DNA from: an uncultured Actinomycetota bacterium
Lineage (GTDB): Bacteria > Actinomycetota > Actinomycetes > DATJPE01
Assembly: GCA_963819985.1 (NCBI GenBank)
Contig: CAWFYH010000005.1
Span: 531,710-595,709, forward strand
Direction: 5' to 3'
Length of the DNA stretch: 64,000 bases
This document shows, piece after piece, positions 61,706 through 64,000 of the stretch (position 1 is its first letter; every line of letters starts with the position of its first letter). A program made the position numbers and the translations under genes. The notes under the pieces are model-generated. The model was not told the DNA's origin. It ran no database searches and saw only the letters and a list, made by a program, of their open reading frames with translations.

Positions 61706-63229
61706 TCAGAACCACTTGGTGGACAGGAGCTGTTCACGCGGCACCACTGCCGCCTCGGGCGGCACGCCGCGGAACGCCTTCACGAGGCCCTCGGCCCACA
61801 GCCGTCCTCGATCCAGGAGCTCACGATCGTCGGCCTGCATTCGCCCGCGGGTGACGACCACCCCTATGTCCGCCCCCGGATAGCGATACTCACCGGCTCC
61901 GTAGACCTGCAGGTAGAACGCCTCGTTCTCGCGGCTCACGGCATGCCAGTCAGTCTCCTGCCGGACGAACCGCACCTCGCCGTCGTCATCCATCCGCCAG
62001 AGTCCCGAAGAAGGCGCTTCGGTGATCAGCTCGATCTCATCCGTTGTTTGCTTCAAGACCAGTTGGCTCCACTGGTCAAAATCGTCCCAGCGCCGCTGAA
62101 CGGCCTTCAGGTCGAGCTTCCAGTCCACGTCGGTGAACTCGAGCAGATGGAAGAGCAGAAGTGGGACACCGCCGTACGTCGCCGTGATCAGGTTCGTCAA
62201 CGGCGAGGCGCCGGAGATCCGCGGGTTGATCTCCCCGAGGTAGACCGAGCCGTCGTCGGTGTCCAAGAGGAAGTCCATGCAGAAGGCGCCCTTGTAGCCC
62301 TCGGCGTACAGCCGTTTGCCGAGCCGCCGGGCCATCTTCCGGATCCGCTTGCGGGTCTTCGCGTTGAACACCGAGGGAAAGGCGTCATTGCCGCACCAGC
62401 CGCCGCGATAAGGAGTCAGCTCGGCGTAGCCAGTCAGGTCGGTCTGGATCGGCCCGACGAGAGTGCCGTGCCTCGTGGCCACCGCCTCGACCGTCCCAGG
62501 GAGGTGGTTGATGCGCCGCATGATCTTCAGGTCCTCACCCACGAGGTCCTCGGCATAGGCGTTCCAGTCGTCGAGCGACCGGATGAAGAACGTCGTGCGT
62601 CCGGAGTCGCCGTACGGCGTCTGCACCACCAAGTCCTTGCCGAGCTTCGCCTCCTTGGCGATCTTCAGCAACTTCTTGTAGCTCTTGGCCCGCCCCATGG
62701 CGTTCGGGGCGCTGCGGACGCCGGCCTCGTTGCCCAAACGGGTGGTGACCACTTTGGAGTCAATGCGTTCGCGCAGCTCCCGGGGTGGGAGCGCAATCCG
62801 TAGGCCCAGCTCGAGCGCCCGCTTCTCGGTCTCCGCGTCGAACATGACGAAGAGCACTACGCCGGTGCCGTTGCGATCGATGTAGTCGATGACCTCCTTG
62901 TTTCCGAGCAGGTAGGTGTTGACCGACTCGAAAGACTCGAAGTCCCGTGGGCCCGAGTGGCTTGGTGCGAATGAGTGCGGTTTCAGCCCATCGAAGCTGT
63001 CGAAATAGCTGATGTAGCGAAACCCGGCGACCCACTCATCGAGGCCGAGGAGGTTGTATGGGGTGGGCGACACGAAATAGACCGGTGTCGTGTTGGAACG
63101 AAAGAAGCCATAGATGTCACTGAGGCTCCTCAACCCCGATGGAGCCGGACCATTCGGTTCAGCGGACGACGGCTCGGCCTTGCTGCCCTTGTTGGCCTTG
63201 GCCTTGGCCTTCCCCTGCGCCTGTCCCAT
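61706..63229 (-). CDS. ATP-grasp protein (biotin carboxylase-like, function unknown)
   Basis: QTPYGDSGRTTFF, GGWCGND, DFLLD..YLGEINPRISG. Confidence 0.85.
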   Translation of the reverse strand: MGQAQGKAKAKANKGSKAEPSSAEPNGPAPSGLRSLSDIYGFFRSNTTPVYFVSPTPYNLLGLDEWVAGFRYISYFDSFDGLKPHSFAPSHSGPRDFESFESVNTYLLGNKEVIDYIDRNGTGVVLFVMFDAETEKRALELGLRIALPPRELRERIDSKVVTTRLGNEAGVRSAPNAMGRAKSYKKLLKIAKEAKLGKDLVVQTPYGDSGRTTFFIRSLDDWNAYAEDLVGEDLKIMRRINHLPGTVEAVATRHGTLVGPIQTDLTGYAELTPYRGGWCGNDAFPSVFNAKTRKRIRKMARRLGKRLYAEGYKGAFCMDFLLDTDDGSVYLGEINPRISGASPLTNLITATYGGVPLLLFHLLEFTDVDWKLDLKAVQRRWDDFDQWSQLVLKQTTDEIELITEAPSSGLWRMDDDGEVRFVRQETDWHAVSRENEAFYLQVYGAGEYRYPGADIGVVVTRGRMQADDRELLDRGRLWAEGLVKAFRGVPPEAAVVPREQLLSTKWF

Positions 63230-63331
63230 AGTGCCGCCACCGTAGGACGCGGGACTGCTTCGGACAACCGACTCGCGAACATTCCAGCCGTTCGAGCGGT
63301 GGCGACGAAGGCGGTCACTAGATTTCGTCAC

Positions 63332-64000
63332 ATGGCACTGAGGCTCCAGCCTTTTGAGATCCACGTGGCAGAGCCCGTTCTCGAAGACTTACGCAGGCGG
63401 CTACGCAGCGCTCGGTGGCCGGAGCCCGCTCCTGGCCCACCCTGGAGTCAGGGAACTGATCTCAGCTACCTGCGTGACCTGGTCGACTACTGGGCAGATG
63501 GCTTCGACTGGCCACAGCAGGAGAGACGACTCAATGAGTACGACCAGTTCATGGCAGACATCGATGGAGTCCAGGTGCATTTTGCGCACCAGAGGTCGGG
63601 GAAGCCACCACTCGTCCTGACGCACGGCTGGCCGAGCTCATTCGTCGAGTTGCTTCCACTGGTGGATCAGCTGTCGGCGCACTTCGATCTCGTCGTTCCC
63701 TCGCTTCCGGGGTACGCCTTCTCTCCCCGTCCCGCACAGGTGGGCGTCGACGGGGAGTACGTGGCGCGCGTGTGGCACCGACTCATGCAGGGGCTGGGCT
63801 ACGAAAAGTATGGCGCGCACGGTGGCGACTTCGGCGCCGGAGTGGCGACGCACATGGCCCTCACCGATGCCTCGCGCATGACCGGCATCCACCTGAGCAC
63901 ACCCGAGGTGAGCCCCTACTTGGCGCTGGGATCACCACCGCTCACCCCATCCGAGACCGCCTACCTTGACCACATCCGACGATGGGACGAGACCGAGCGC
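63332..64000 (+). CDS. Microsomal-type epoxide hydrolase (partial, runs off window)
   Basis: PFEIHV..LRRRL..RWP, FDW, THGWPSSF, PSLPGYAFS, HGGDFG. Confidence 0.9.
   Translation, partial: MALRLQPFEIHVAEPVLEDLRRRLRSARWPEPAPGPPWSQGTDLSYLRDLVDYWADGFDWPQQERRLNEYDQFMADIDGVQVHFAHQRSGKPPLVLTHGWPSSFVELLPLVDQLSAHFDLVVPSLPGYAFSPRPAQVGVDGEYVARVWHRLMQGLGYEKYGAHGGDFGAGVATHMALTDASRMTGIHLSTPEVSPYLALGSPPLTPSETAYLDHIRRWDETER

Overview
High-GC actinobacterial chromosome segment, mostly conserved core genes. The core blocks are sigE-nhaA-marP-nth-crp; the arsA pair-whiB-ponA-tRNA-Pro; asd-ask-recR-dnaX-ffs-tRNA-Ser(GGA); and tRNA-Ser(CGA)-tadA-upp-pntAB-xylAB. Accessory or decaying DNA lies after tRNA-Pro (about 18.4-23.4 kb) and between the two convergent tRNA-Ser genes (about 35-51.6 kb). 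The best leads are: (1) a leaderless 31-codon uORF ending RMPP-stop whose stop codon overlaps an antiterminator for an intrinsic terminator upstream of a DksA/TraR zinc-finger gene; (2) an unassigned ~150-nt structured RNA candidate with a possible double pseudoknot in front of a secreted collagen-like gene; (3) a ~2-kb non-autonomous islet in tRNA-Ser(CGA) with both att sites, arm-type repeats, an integrase stub and an intact Fic gene; (4) an AraC fusion with an internal SD+ATG; (5) an RsiG-type c-di-GMP anti-sigma motif. No CRISPR array or intact prophage is visible. All calls come from reading the sequence and recalled family motifs; no database searches or folding programs were run. Several frameshifts may be sequencing errors.
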